A stretch of DNA of 64,000 nt from an uncultured Lachnospiraceae bacterium (GTDB lineage: Bacteria; Bacillota; Clostridia; Oscillospirales; CAG-272), in NCBI GenBank assembly GCA_964514555.1, contig CAZERM010000001.1:9682-73681 (forward strand), given 5' to 3'. The notes below the pieces were generated by a model. It saw only the letters and a program-made list of their open reading frames with translations, was not told the DNA's origin and did not search any database. The position numbers were made by a program, and so were the translations under genes. Shown one piece after another: positions 36,347 to 46,280 of the stretch; position 1 is the stretch's first letter, and each line of letters opens with the position of its first letter.

Positions 36347-36479
36347 AAGCTTTTCTTTCAGATAAAGAAAAGCTTATGAGAAAAATAACACCTAATCCGT
36401 CAGCCTTAGGCTGACACCTTCTCCCATCGGAGAAGGCTTTGCGACAGGATCAAGTCCATGCCATACAATGCAGTCGCAA
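36347..36479 (+). repeat. Array of four consecutive hairpins built from repeat-family modules
   Basis: AAGCTTTTCTTT-cagat-AAAGAAAAGCTT (36347-36375); GTCAGCC-tta-GGCTGAC (36399-36415); CCTTCTCC-catc-GGAGAAGG (36417-36436); TTGCGAC...GTCGCAA (36439-36479). Confidence 0.8.
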
Positions 36480-36504
36480 GTTTAGTTGAAATTTTCAGCA
36501 AATC

Positions 36505-36538
36505 AAAAAGGATATTGCTTTTTCGCAATATCCTTTTT
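36505..36538. terminator. Bidirectional hairpin terminator (same stem as 18493-18520)
   Basis: AAGGATATTGC-tttttc-GCAATATCCTT with flanking A-run and T-run. Confidence 0.75.
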
Positions 36539-36544
36539 CTTTTA

Positions 36545-37450
36545 TCAGTTTTTGATTACCTTTGAAAGGAACTCTTTGAGTCTGGGGTTCTTGGGGTTGT
36601 CGAAAAATTCATCGGGAGCTGCGCTTTCGCTGATGTTACCATCGGAAACAAAGAGCATTCTCGTTGCAACTTCTCTTGCAAAGCCCATTTCGTGTGTTAC
36701 AATTACCATCGTCATGCCCTCGTCCGCAAGCTGTTTGATGAGGTCGAGAACTTCGCCGACCATTTCGGGGTCAAGCGCACTCGTGGGTTCGTCAAAGAGC
36801 ATTACTTTCGGATTCATGGCAAGCGCACGGATGATTGCGATACGCTGTTTCTGACCACCGGAAAGAGTAGAGGGGTAAACGTCTTTTTTATCGTAAAGTC
36901 CTATTCTCTTCAAAAGTTCGGTAGCTTTTGCTTCCGCTTCTTCCTTTGTCTTGAGTTTAAGACGAACGGGGGCAAGCGTCAAGTTTTGCATTACCGTGAG
37001 GTTGTTGAAAAGGTTGAAGTGCTGGAATACCATGCCGATATCACGACGCGCGAGGTTGATATCGTGCATCTCTTCGGACAATTTTTTCATAACAGTTTTA
37101 AACTGTTTGCCTTCGTGGTGCTTTGTAAGCAAGCGCTCGTTGATTATCTTTTCGATAGCGGCTTCATCGGAGATGCCGTTGTTGTGCGCTTTTACGGAAG
37201 CAAATGTTTTGGAAGCTTTGATAGCTTCTTCGTGAAGATAGGGGTCGGGTTCTGTAACGAGCTGACCATCGAGCAAAACTTCGCCGTATGTGGGAGTTTC
37301 CATGAGGTTCATGCAACGCAAAAGTGTTGATTTACCGCTACCGGAAGGTCCGATGATTGCAACGCGTTCGCCTTTTTCTATCTCACAGCTTACGCCGCGA
37401 AGTACGGATACTTCGCCAAATTGTTTATAAATATTCTTAACGTCTATCAC
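36545..37450 (-). CDS. Polar amino acid ABC transporter ATP-binding protein (with a ~55-aa insertion)
   Basis: Walker [10 protein letters not shown], signature [16 protein letters not shown], Walker [12 protein letters not shown]. 301 aa against about 240 for typical members. Confidence 0.88.
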   Translation of the reverse strand: MIDVKNIYKQFGEVSVLRGVSCEIEKGERVAIIGPSGSGKSTLLRCMNLMETPTYGEVLLDGQLVTEPDPYLHEEAIKASKTFASVKAHNNGISDEAAIEKIINERLLTKHHEGKQFKTVMKKLSEEMHDINLARRDIGMVFQHFNLFNNLTVMQNLTLAPVRLKLKTKEEAEAKATELLKRIGLYDKKDVYPSTLSGGQKQRIAIIRALAMNPKVMLFDEPTSALDPEMVGEVLDLIKQLADEGMTMVIVTHEMGFAREVATRMLFVSDGNISESAAPDEFFDNPKNPRLKEFLSKVIKN

Positions 37451-38129
37451 TTGAACGAAGTCTCCTTTCGATTTTCTTTATAAAGAATGTGAGGAAATAA
37501 ACTATTGCGAGATAGAACAAAGCAACTACCGACATAGGTACAAGGTAGCTTGCCATATTGTTACCACCGCCGATTATCTTTGCCGCCATTGTAAGGTCAT
37601 ACATACCGATCATGCTGACGATGGATGTTTCCTTGATAAGAGCAATAAGCTCGTTACCGATGGCAGGGATAACGTTTTTGATAGCCTGGGGGATAACTAT
37701 TCTCATCATAGTTACATTACCGGGCAAGCCGAGTGCTCTGCCCGCCTCCGTCTGACCGATGTCAACGGAAAGGATACCTGCGCGGATGTTTTCCGCAACA
37801 TATGCGCCGGAGTTGAAACCGAACGCGATAGTAGCCGTGATAATTTCCGGGAAGCCGCGGAATGTGAAGATAACATAGAACATGATAAAGAGCTGGAGCG
37901 CCATAGGTGTACCGCGGATTATCGTTATGTATATCTTGCAGATTATCTTAGGGATCTTCATAGCCTTGGAATCTCTTGCGATGGAGACCATGGCAACGAG
38001 AGTACCGAGGATAAGACCCAATATAGCGGCAAGAACGGATATTATAACAGTCGTTTTCAAGCCTTCCAAAATAGTCAACATATATTTTGGAGTCGAGAAA
38101 AGTTGAAATACCTTTTGTAAAAAATCCAT
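37437..38129 (-). CDS. Polar amino acid ABC transporter permease
   Basis: EAA loop [10 protein letters not shown]...RIVIPQA. Start trimmed to ATG 38127-38129 (MDFLQKVF). Confidence 0.85.
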   Translation of the reverse strand: MDFLQKVFQLFSTPKYMLTILEGLKTTVIISVLAAILGLILGTLVAMVSIARDSKAMKIPKIICKIYITIIRGTPMALQLFIMFYVIFTFRGFPEIITATIAFGFNSGAYVAENIRAGILSVDIGQTEAGRALGLPGNVTMMRIVIPQAIKNVIPAIGNELIALIKETSIVSMIGMYDLTMAAKIIGGGNNMASYLVPMSVVALFYLAIVYFLTFFIKKIERRLRSSDRR

Positions 38130-38237
38130 TTTTAATTTTCCTAACTGAAATAAATTTGTGAGGGAAAAATCCCCATACAACACGAAAAAGAACTGCGTAA
38201 TAACACGGTTCTTTTTCATATTATTTATATTGTTTAC

Positions 38238-39107
38238 TTATTTGTCAAAGCCCATATGCTTCATAACGAGCTTCTGGATCTCAGACTGACCGTTTTCGTC
38301 AGCAACGAGGAGAGTTGCGAGAACTTCGTTGATAGCATTGAGGAGCTCTGTGTTGCCCTTTGTTACGCAGATAGCATATTCTTCCTGAACGGGAGCGTCT
38401 TCTGCATCTGTTTCGCCTGCATAGTAAAGGGGAACAGCTTTGAGGTTTGTATTCTTGGAAGTGATGTATTCAGCGGGAAGCTGGTCGATTACAACAACGT
38501 CAACGATGTTGCTTCCGATACCGTCAGCTGCGAGCTGTGCGTTATCAAAGGGTTTGTGTCCGGAGTTTGTTCCGTAAAGAACGCCGTCATAACCATAATC
38601 ATTGTCAGCTGTAGCGTTGATTTCACCGTCTACGTAGATCCAACCTGTTGTATCGAGCTGTGTGCCGATAGTCTTGCCTGCGATAGATTCCCAAACAACG
38701 TATTCGCCGTCTGCATTTGTCTTTGTTACGATGCTTGCGTCATCTTTAGCGAAGATAACATACTGAATGGATGTGTAGTAAGGTGTAGAGAAGTCTACTT
38801 TTTCTTTTCTTGCATCTGTGATAGTGATACCTGCTGCGCCTGCATCGCAAACTTTGCCTTCTGCAACGCTATCGATGATACCGGAGAATTCTGTGTTTAC
38901 GAATTCTACCTCTTTGCCGAGTTTTACGCCAACGAGGTTCATGATATCAACGTCAACGCCTGTAATCTTTGTGCCTTCGTAATATTCAAAGGGAGCGAAG
39001 AATGCGTTTGTCTGAACAATAATTTTTTCGGAGCCGCAAGAAGCGAGCGCGAACATCATGCAGAGCATCATTGCTGCTGCAAGAACAATACTGATAATTT
39101 TTTTCAT
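38238..39107 (-). CDS. Polar amino acid ABC transporter substrate-binding lipoprotein
   Basis: Lipobox in MKKIISIVLAAAMMLCMMFALASCGS and a family-3 SBP pattern. Start trimmed because the ORF-track extension covers the promoter. Confidence 0.8.
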   Translation of the reverse strand: MKKIISIVLAAAMMLCMMFALASCGSEKIIVQTNAFFAPFEYYEGTKITGVDVDIMNLVGVKLGKEVEFVNTEFSGIIDSVAEGKVCDAGAAGITITDARKEKVDFSTPYYTSIQYVIFAKDDASIVTKTNADGEYVVWESIAGKTIGTQLDTTGWIYVDGEINATADNDYGYDGVLYGTNSGHKPFDNAQLAADGIGSNIVDVVVIDQLPAEYITSKNTNLKAVPLYYAGETDAEDAPVQEEYAICVTKGNTELLNAINEVLATLLVADENGQSEIQKLVMKHMGFDK

Positions 39108-39150
39108 TTTATGTTTCCTCCATAGTAGATTTTTAAATAGCATACTAATT

Positions 39151-39179
39151 ATTATAGTGCATACTTCTATGTTTGTCAA
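39151..39179 (-). promoter_or_regulatory. Consensus SigA-type promoter of the amino-acid ABC operon
   Basis: Minus strand: TTGACA, 17 nt, TATAAT. Confidence 0.7.
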
Positions 39180-39253
39180 CACTTATTTTGAAAAAATATT
39201 CGTTTTTTTGCCATTTATGCGCTCCCGCATGAATAAAGTTGCACGTTTCACCG

Positions 39254-40627
39254 TCAGTTCACAAGAATATCGGCGATCTCATTAACCGTACCCGCACCGA
39301 GTATGAGTATAGTGTCATCTTTTTTCGCAATTTCTCGGATTTTTTGTGCGGCAATGTCGTATGAACCGGCATATTCGCCGCCAGATACCGCATCGGCGAG
39401 CATCTTTGAAGATACGCCGAAAGTGTTCACTTCTCGCGCGGCATATATATCGACAAAAAATGTTTTGTCCGATCCGTCGAAAGATCTTGCAAAATCATCG
39501 AAAAGAGAAGCCGTGCGCGAATATGTGTGCGGTTCGAAAACGCATATCACTCTGCCCTTGCTCATCTTTTTCGCCGCATCTATCGAAGAAACAAGTTCTT
39601 TGGGATGATGAGCGTAATCTATATAGACTTCGGCTCCGTTCATGCTTCCCTTTTTCTCGAATCTGCGTGAAAGTCCCTTGAAATCGGCGAGGTGTTTCGC
39701 TATTTCCTGCGGTCTTACGCCGGCGTGGTCGCAAACGGCGCAAGCAGCGAGCGCATTGTATACATTATGCTTGCCCAAAACAGAAAGTTTTACATGGCAG
39801 AAAGCTTCTCCGCACTTCAATATGTCAAATTCAGCGCATCCGCTATTGTATACAATATTCTCGGCTTTATAATCGGATTCGTTTTTTATGCCGAATGTCG
39901 TTTTTTCTATGCCGTCCAAGGCGGAAACGCTGTGTTCATCGTCGGCGCAAGCAACAACGAGCGGCGCATCCGAATCGAATGCGAGAAGCGCATATTTTCT
40001 GAAAGAACTTTTTATCTGCTCTATACCGCCCGTGAAGTAATCCGTATGATCGAGGTCGATATTCAATATCACCGATACTGACGGGAAAAATTCCAAAAAC
40101 GAATCTTTATACTCGCAAGCCTCGAAAACGAAATCTTCGCCCTTGCCCACGCAGTAAGCGCCGCCCATCTCCTCTGTTTGAGCGCCGCACATTACCGTAG
40201 GGTCTTTGCCGCAGGCGATGAGTATATGCGATATCATGGAGGTGCAAGTGGATTTTCCGTGTGAACCCGAAATGCCTATCCTCGTTTTATATTTTTTCAT
40301 AAGATAAGCGAGCGCATCCGCGCGGTATATTATCGGCATACCGCGTTTTTTTGCCTCTTTAAGCTCAGGGTTCTCCTCATTCACGGCGCCCGTATATATA
40401 ACGGCATCCGCGCCGATGACGTTTTCCGCGCTATGACCGTGAAAAACTTCTATTCCCGAGTCGCAAAGCTTTCTTGTCATGTCATTTTGCGCCCTGTCGG
40501 AGCCGCGCACGGCATACCCTTTGGAATGAAAAACAAAAGCTATGCTGGACATACTTATTCCGCCTATACCGACAAAAAAGAGCGAACGCGCACCTTCGAG
40601 CACGCGAAAAATTTCTTCGCAAGACAT
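39254..40627 (-). CDS. murC: UDP-N-acetylmuramate--L-alanine ligase
   Basis: GIGGISMS N-terminal Rossmann segment and GSHGKSTCTSM P-loop. 457 aa. Confidence 0.92.
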   Translation of the reverse strand: MSCEEIFRVLEGARSLFFVGIGGISMSSIAFVFHSKGYAVRGSDRAQNDMTRKLCDSGIEVFHGHSAENVIGADAVIYTGAVNEENPELKEAKKRGMPIIYRADALAYLMKKYKTRIGISGSHGKSTCTSMISHILIACGKDPTVMCGAQTEEMGGAYCVGKGEDFVFEACEYKDSFLEFFPSVSVILNIDLDHTDYFTGGIEQIKSSFRKYALLAFDSDAPLVVACADDEHSVSALDGIEKTTFGIKNESDYKAENIVYNSGCAEFDILKCGEAFCHVKLSVLGKHNVYNALAACAVCDHAGVRPQEIAKHLADFKGLSRRFEKKGSMNGAEVYIDYAHHPKELVSSIDAAKKMSKGRVICVFEPHTYSRTASLFDDFARSFDGSDKTFFVDIYAAREVNTFGVSSKMLADAVSGGEYAGSYDIAAQKIREIAKKDDTILILGAGTVNEIADILVN

Positions 40628-40820
40628 ATTAAGACCTCTTTCAATAATTTAAAACTGTGTTGTTCATATATGCGTAACACAACCGTTACACATAAGCAAA
40701 AAAAATTCAAAATTTAATTACCTTTAATTTGAATAAAATTCATAATTAAGTAGTAAAATATAGAAAACGATGAAAAAATCTTCAATACTTAAATCCACTA
40801 CTGTAAGGAGAAAATGCAAA

Positions 40821-41150
40821 ATGGAAATCACAGACGTAAAAATCAGAAAAATCTTTGAAGAAGGCCCCATGAAGGCCGTAGCCTCACTCACGTTTGACAA
40901 TGCGATCGCTCTTCACGATGTTAAAGTAATAAACGCAAGAGACAAGTATTTTGTCGTTATGCCTTCCAGAAAGAATCCCGACGGCACATATCGTGATATC
41001 ATCCACCCCATCAACGCACAGATGCGTGCAAAACTTGAAGAAACAGTTATCGGTGCTTATTTCAAATACCTCAAAGATATCGAAGACGGCGTTATTCCCA
41101 CACCCACATATTACAAGGAAGAAGAACCCGTTGAATCCTTCGCAGACTAA
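40821..41150 (+). CDS. spoVG: Septation protein SpoVG
   Basis: MEITDVKIRKI....MKAVASLTFDNAIALHDVKVI is the SpoVG signature. The ATG lies 10 nt after AAGGAG. Confidence 0.92.
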   Translation: MEITDVKIRKIFEEGPMKAVASLTFDNAIALHDVKVINARDKYFVVMPSRKNPDGTYRDIIHPINAQMRAKLEETVIGAYFKYLKDIEDGVIPTPTYYKEEEPVESFAD

Positions 41151-41181
41151 GCCGCATTAAGAAAATTTCTGACCTCTCTAT

Positions 41182-41221
41182 GATCGGATCCGACATTATT
41201 GTGCCGGGTCCGATCTTTTTC
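41182..41221 (+). terminator. Intrinsic terminator after spoVG
   Basis: GATCGGATCCG-loop-CGGGTCCGATC followed by TTTTT. Confidence 0.75.
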
Positions 41222-41235
41222 ATGCAATATCCGCA

Positions 41236-41280
41236 ACATCAAAAAGGCTTTCCGAACGGTAAATATTCGGAGAGCCTTTT
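41236..41280 (-). terminator. Terminator at the end of the minus-strand nadE-dCMP deaminase unit
   Basis: A 13-bp stem with one mismatch (AAGGCTCTCCGAA / TTCGGAAAGCCTT), followed by TTTTT on the minus strand. Confidence 0.65.
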
Positions 41281-41324
41281 GACATGGAAAACGGTATTTT
41301 TGCCTCTTTCGTGAAAAAGCCGCG

Positions 41325-41822
41325 TCAATATCCGAATTTTCCGCTTAAACTGTCGTCGTTGTCTATCCAATCGGCAACATTATATATCGTATATTCCGTG
41401 GGAGTATCGCGAACAATAACGCGCTCTATGCCTGCGTTGATGACCTGACGTTTGCACATCATGCAAGAGCAGGTGCCGGGCATGAGCTCGCCTGATTTTA
41501 CATCTATGCACGCCATATAGAGCGTGGAACCGAGCATCTGGTCGCGCGAAGCCGCGATTATCGCGTTTGCTTCCGCATGAACGGAACGACACATCTCATA
41601 TCTCTCGCCGCGCGGTATGCCCAAGTGATCACGCATACAATAGTTTATATCCGAGCAATTTTTGCGTCCGCGAGGAGCGCCGTTATAACCCGTCGATATT
41701 ATTATATCGTTTTTTACTATAATTGCGCCGAAAGCGCGGCGAAGGCACGTGCTTCTCTGCGCCACTGTCTGCGCTATATCGAGGTAATAGTTTTCCTTAT
41801 CGGGGCGTTTAAATTCTGCCAT
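41325..41822 (-). CDS. Deoxycytidylate (dCMP) deaminase
   Basis: HAEANAI and C..C (CSCMMC) zinc motifs. The 165-aa length and context fit ComEB-type dCMP deaminases. Confidence 0.8.
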   Translation of the reverse strand: MAEFKRPDKENYYLDIAQTVAQRSTCLRRAFGAIIVKNDIIISTGYNGAPRGRKNCSDINYCMRDHLGIPRGERYEMCRSVHAEANAIIAASRDQMLGSTLYMACIDVKSGELMPGTCSCMMCKRQVINAGIERVIVRDTPTEYTIYNVADWIDNDDSLSGKFGY

Positions 41823-41848
41823 AATATTCTCCGTAAAATTAAAATATA

Positions 41849-42592
41849 TTATTTTGCAGGGTCAAATTCGAAAACAGGGAGCGTCTGAAGTTTGAACAGG
41901 TTCATGACATGGAGTCTGTCTATCTTAGCTTTTACAGCTTCGTCTTCTATGATTCCTTCGCGGATATATTTATCGAGTGCGGCATATGTAAAGCCGAGCT
42001 TATCCTCATCCGTTTTGCCAGAAAGACCGTCGGAGGGTGCTTTTTCGATAAATTTTTCGGGGAGTCCCAAATATCTGCCGATCTCTTTTATCTCCGCAAC
42101 AGTGAAGCGAGAGATGGGACCGAAGTCGCCTGCGGAATCGCCGTATCTTGTGGAATAACCGACCCAATCTTCGGAAAGGTTGCAAGTGTTCGCAACTCTG
42201 CCGTTTTTGGACTGAGAGATAGCGTAGAGCGTGGTCATACGTATTCTGGGCGGCAGATTTATCTTTGTCTGTTCGGATATATCCACTCTTCCGCCCAAAG
42301 CTTCATAAACTCCGGCAACGGCAGGATGGATATCAACAACGATATTCTCGATATCGAGGTATTCGCAAAGGTCGTGCGAATAGTCGATGTCGCACTGTTC
42401 GCCGTCGGGCATAAGTACGCCGAAAACTCTTTCCTTGCCGAGCGCACGGCAGCAAAGAGCCGCCGTAACGGAGCTGTCCTTTCCGCCCGAGATGCCTATG
42501 ATAACATTACATCCTTTGCCGTTCTTTTCAAACCAATCCTGTATCCAGGCAATGCAGCCGTCAACAGCTTTTTTAACATCGAAATTATACAT
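41849..42592 (-). CDS. nadE: Ammonia-dependent NAD(+) synthetase
   Basis: PP-loop GISGGKDSS. ATG 42590-42592 (5 nt after GGTGA) is preferred over the TTG at 42607. Confidence 0.88.
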   Translation of the reverse strand: MYNFDVKKAVDGCIAWIQDWFEKNGKGCNVIIGISGGKDSSVTAALCCRALGKERVFGVLMPDGEQCDIDYSHDLCEYLDIENIVVDIHPAVAGVYEALGGRVDISEQTKINLPPRIRMTTLYAISQSKNGRVANTCNLSEDWVGYSTRYGDSAGDFGPISRFTVAEIKEIGRYLGLPEKFIEKAPSDGLSGKTDEDKLGFTYAALDKYIREGIIEDEAVKAKIDRLHVMNLFKLQTLPVFEFDPAK

Positions 42593-42677
42593 TATTATCA
42601 CCGCCAAATTTATTTTTTATTTCATCAAGGCTCCCGCATTTTTGCAAAAGCCTTGATGTTTTTGTATTTATATTTAA

Positions 42678-43709
42678 TTAAAGTGCGTCTGCGATATCGA
42701 GAATGAGTCTTTCTGTCTTTTCCCAACCGAGGCAGGGGTCTGTGATGGATTTACCGTAGATGCCGTCGCCGATCTTCTGGGAGCCGTCTTCTATGTAGCT
42801 TTCGATCATGAAGCCTTTAACGATCTTGCGGATGTCTGCGGAATATTTGCAGGAGTAAAGAACTTCTTTTGCAATACGGATCTGCTCAAGGTACTTCTTG
42901 CCGGAGTTGGAGTGGTTCGTATCGATGATGACAGCAGGGTTCTTGAGGTCGGGCTTCTTAGCATATTCTTCGCAAAGGTGCATAAGGTCTTCGTAGTGGT
43001 AGTTAGGCATGGACTGACCGTGCTTGTTTACGTAACCGCGAAGGATGGAGTGAACATATTCGTTGCCCTGGCTCTCAACTTCCCAACCACGGTAGATGAA
43101 TTGGTGAGCGTGCTGACCTGCCGTAACAGAGTTCATCATAACGGAGATATCGCCGCTCGTGGGGTTCTTCATACCAACAGGAATGTTAAGACCGCTCGCC
43201 GTAAGTCTGTGCTGCTGGTCTTCTACACTGCGCGCGCCGACAGCAACATAAGAAAGAAGGTCGGAAACATAGCGGTGGTTTTCGGGGTAGAGCATTTCGT
43301 CCGCTGTGGAAAGACCTGTTTCGGAAAGTGCTCTCATGTGAAGTTCACGAACTGCAACGATACCCTTGAATGCGTCGGGTTCTTCGTTGGGGTTGGGCTG
43401 ATGTACCATGCCTTTGTAACCGTCGCCAATCGTTCTGGGCTTACCTGTGTAGATTCTGGGGATGATGATGAGCTTGTCCGCCACCTTATCCTGAACGAGC
43501 TTCAATCTCTGGATGTAATCCATAACGGAATCTTCGTTATCTGCGGAGCAGGGTCCGATAACGAGGATCATCTTATCGCTTTCGCCCTTGAAAACAGATT
43601 TGATCTCAAGATCTCTTGCCGCTTTTACCTGTGCAAGTTCCATTGTGAGGGGGTACATTTCCTTTACTTCCATAGGAATGGGGAGCTTGCGTTTGAAATT
43701 CATATTCAT
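42678..43709 (-). CDS. aroF: 3-deoxy-7-phosphoheptulonate (DAHP) synthase, class I
   Basis: 343 aa. VIGPCS, KPRT and GARSVEDQQHR motifs, as in AroF/G/H. Confidence 0.85.
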   Translation of the reverse strand: MNMNFKRKLPIPMEVKEMYPLTMELAQVKAARDLEIKSVFKGESDKMILVIGPCSADNEDSVMDYIQRLKLVQDKVADKLIIIPRIYTGKPRTIGDGYKGMVHQPNPNEEPDAFKGIVAVRELHMRALSETGLSTADEMLYPENHRYVSDLLSYVAVGARSVEDQQHRLTASGLNIPVGMKNPTSGDISVMMNSVTAGQHAHQFIYRGWEVESQGNEYVHSILRGYVNKHGQSMPNYHYEDLMHLCEEYAKKPDLKNPAVIIDTNHSNSGKKYLEQIRIAKEVLYSCKYSADIRKIVKGFMIESYIEDGSQKIGDGIYGKSITDPCLGWEKTERLILDIADAL

Positions 43710-43772
43710 AATTATTTGCCTTGACCTTTCTGAGTTTGTTTTTTTATTTGTTATAAAATTTGAGTTCCGAAA

Positions 43773-44630
43773 TTATTTTTTATCGAACATCGCGCGGCGC
43801 TCAGTGGATGTACGCATCATCTTTTTCATGGTTTCAACGTCATCTGTCTCCATAGCGCGGCGAAGTTTTTCGAGTTCTCCGCTGAATGCTTTGATCTCTG
43901 AGATGAGGATATCTTTGTTGAGCATGAAAAGTTCGCTCCACATATCCTCGTTTATTCTTGCAATTCTGGTAAGATCTCTGAACGAGTCGCCCGTATACTG
44001 GCAAAGGTTCGCGTCATCGTTGCAAGTCATGAGCGCAACCGCAATGCAGTGAGTGAGCTGGGAAAGGAAGCCTATCATTCTGTCATGCTTCTGCGGAGAA
44101 AGCTCTGAAATATTGCCGAAACCGAGCATTCTGCCAAGCTCTTTGCAAGTTTCGATAGCGTATTCCGTGTTCTTTTCCGTGGGCGTTACGATGTAGTTTG
44201 CGCCCTTGAACATTTCTTCGTTGCTGTTTTCAATACCGTATACTTCTCTGCCCGCCATAGGGTGAGCGCCGATAAATTCAACGCCTTCGGGAAGGAGCGC
44301 CTGTATCTTATCTACAATAGCGCCTTTGACACCCGTAACGTCAGTAATGATAGCGCCTTTTTTGAAATATTTGCCGTTTTCTTCTATCCATTCAATAAAA
44401 ACGTGAGGATAAAGCGCAAATACAGCAATATCTGCTTCGCCTATCATTTCCGTATCTATCTGAGTAGTACCTCTTGCTATCATCTTGTGCTCGAGCGCGT
44501 AATCTATCGTGCTCTGCTTTCTTGTGATGGCAAGAACCTCGTAGCCCTGACGAGTGAGCGACTGAGCATAGCTACCGCCCAAAAGACCCAAGCCTACGAT
44601 AAGTATTTTCTTGTTTTTTTCAATTATCAC
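43773..44630 (-). CDS. tyrA: Prephenate dehydrogenase
   Basis: N-terminal Rossmann ILIVGLGLLGGS and GAHPMAG. GTG start 8 nt after AGAGGT, overlapping the aroA end. Confidence 0.85.
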   Translation of the reverse strand: MIIEKNKKILIVGLGLLGGSYAQSLTRQGYEVLAITRKQSTIDYALEHKMIARGTTQIDTEMIGEADIAVFALYPHVFIEWIEENGKYFKKGAIITDVTGVKGAIVDKIQALLPEGVEFIGAHPMAGREVYGIENSNEEMFKGANYIVTPTEKNTEYAIETCKELGRMLGFGNISELSPQKHDRMIGFLSQLTHCIAVALMTCNDDANLCQYTGDSFRDLTRIARINEDMWSELFMLNKDILISEIKAFSGELEKLRRAMETDDVETMKKMMRTSTERRAMFDKK

Positions 44631-45834
44631 TTTTAAAAACCTCTATTCCAAGTTCTGTTATTACTTCAAAAAAGTCGGGATAGCTCTTTTTGACTGCCTG
44701 CGCGCCCGTTATGGTGCCGCCCGTGAGGGTGCAGAGCACCGCCATGGACATGACTATTCTGTGGTCATTGTGTCCGCAAAGAGCTTCCGTCGGGGCATGG
44801 AAATGTCCGCCCTCAACGATTATCTCGTCTTCACCGACAAAAACGGGAACACCGAATTTTGCAAGCTCTTGCGCCATAACGATGCCACGGTCGCTTTCTT
44901 TTATTTTAAGGCGAGCCGTGCCCGTAAGTTTCACGCCGTTTTTGACCGCCGCCACACTCATAAGTATGGGAGCAAGGTCGGGGCAATCCGAAATGTTTAT
45001 CTCGGGTGTACCGTTCGAAAGCAATTTGAACTGCTCTATATATGCTTTGTCGCCCTGTGCGCTGTCTTCGCAAAGACCGTCTATCTCAACGTCTCCGCCG
45101 AGAAGATCAAGCGCGGAAAGGAACGCCGCATTTGAATAATCTCCCTCTACACGTTCGGAAGCAGGGATATATTTTTGATCTCCTTTTATGTAAAGCGTAA
45201 GTTCATCTTTCCATTCCGCTCTAACACCGAATCTTTCAAGCGCTTTTATCGTTATGTCGATATAAGGCTTGCTGTCAAGCGGAGGGAGTATGCATATCTC
45301 GCTGTCTCCCTTGAGGAGCGGAAGCGCAAACATGAGTCCGCTTATAAATTGGCTGGAGATATTGCCGGGAACCGTGAATCTGCCCGAACGGAGCGGTCCG
45401 CGCACGCGAATATGGTCGCCCTCGTGCGAAAATTCGATGCCCTGTTCACGGCAGATATCTTCATACACCGTCAAGGGACGAGTCAAAAGTTTTTCGCTTC
45501 CGTAAAGTTTACATTCCATGTCCTTTACAAGGCAGAGCGGTATGAAGAAACGCATAGTGCTTCCGCTTTCGCGGCACATGAGCGCACCTTTGGGTGCACC
45601 GTAAGCGTCGCTTTCCTCAAAAACGATGTTTTCGCCGTTTTTTTCGTATCTTGTGCCGAAGCAAGCCTCAACACAATCGAGCGTGGCAAGTATATCTTCG
45701 CTTCCCGCAAGACCGAGCACTTCGCTTCCCTTGCCTGCAAGAGCGGCGCAGATTATAAGTCTATGTGCAAAACTTTTTGAGGGTGGAGCGGATACTTTGC
45801 CGTGTGCCGTGCTTTTTTCTATTCTTACATCCAT
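44620..45834 (-). CDS. aroA: 3-phosphoshikimate 1-carboxyvinyltransferase (EPSP synthase)
   Basis: PPSKSFAHR N-terminal motif. 404 aa, EPSPS pattern throughout. Confidence 0.9.
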   Translation of the reverse strand: MDVRIEKSTAHGKVSAPPSKSFAHRLIICAALAGKGSEVLGLAGSEDILATLDCVEACFGTRYEKNGENIVFEESDAYGAPKGALMCRESGSTMRFFIPLCLVKDMECKLYGSEKLLTRPLTVYEDICREQGIEFSHEGDHIRVRGPLRSGRFTVPGNISSQFISGLMFALPLLKGDSEICILPPLDSKPYIDITIKALERFGVRAEWKDELTLYIKGDQKYIPASERVEGDYSNAAFLSALDLLGGDVEIDGLCEDSAQGDKAYIEQFKLLSNGTPEINISDCPDLAPILMSVAAVKNGVKLTGTARLKIKESDRGIVMAQELAKFGVPVFVGEDEIIVEGGHFHAPTEALCGHNDHRIVMSMAVLCTLTGGTITGAQAVKKSYPDFFEVITELGIEVFKSDN

Positions 45835-45836
45835 TT

Positions 45837-46280
45837 TTAAATTCTCTTTTCTTTTGCGGGAGCCATGAGGGTGTCTATCGCTTCAAGATAACCGTTGAAG
45901 CCATGTCCTGCAATAGTCTGCTCGCAATATTCGCGAACATAGCTGATGCTTCTGAAACCTTCTCTCTTTGAAACATCGGATATATGTACCTCAACTGCGC
46001 GTATCGCAACAGCTTTGAGCGCATCGAGTATAGCAACGCTCGTGTGCGTATATGCCGCAGGATTTATAACGATGCCGTCAAACTCGCCCAATGCTTTCTG
46101 TATCTTCGTTACTATATCACCCTCATAATTTGACTGATATATCTCAACGTCAACATCTTTTTCTTTGCAATATGCGTTTATCATATCACAAAGGTCAGCA
46201 TATGTGCTCTTGCCGTAGATATCAGGCTCGCGTATGCCGAGCATATTAAGGTTGGGGCCGTTTATAACGAGTATCTTCAT
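45837..46280 (-). CDS. aroQ: Type II 3-dehydroquinate dehydratase
   Basis: MKILVINGPNLNMLGIREPDIYG is the canonical AroQ N-terminus. 147 aa. Confidence 0.93.
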   Translation of the reverse strand: MKILVINGPNLNMLGIREPDIYGKSTYADLCDMINAYCKEKDVDVEIYQSNYEGDIVTKIQKALGEFDGIVINPAAYTHTSVAILDALKAVAIRAVEVHISDVSKREGFRSISYVREYCEQTIAGHGFNGYLEAIDTLMAPAKEKRI

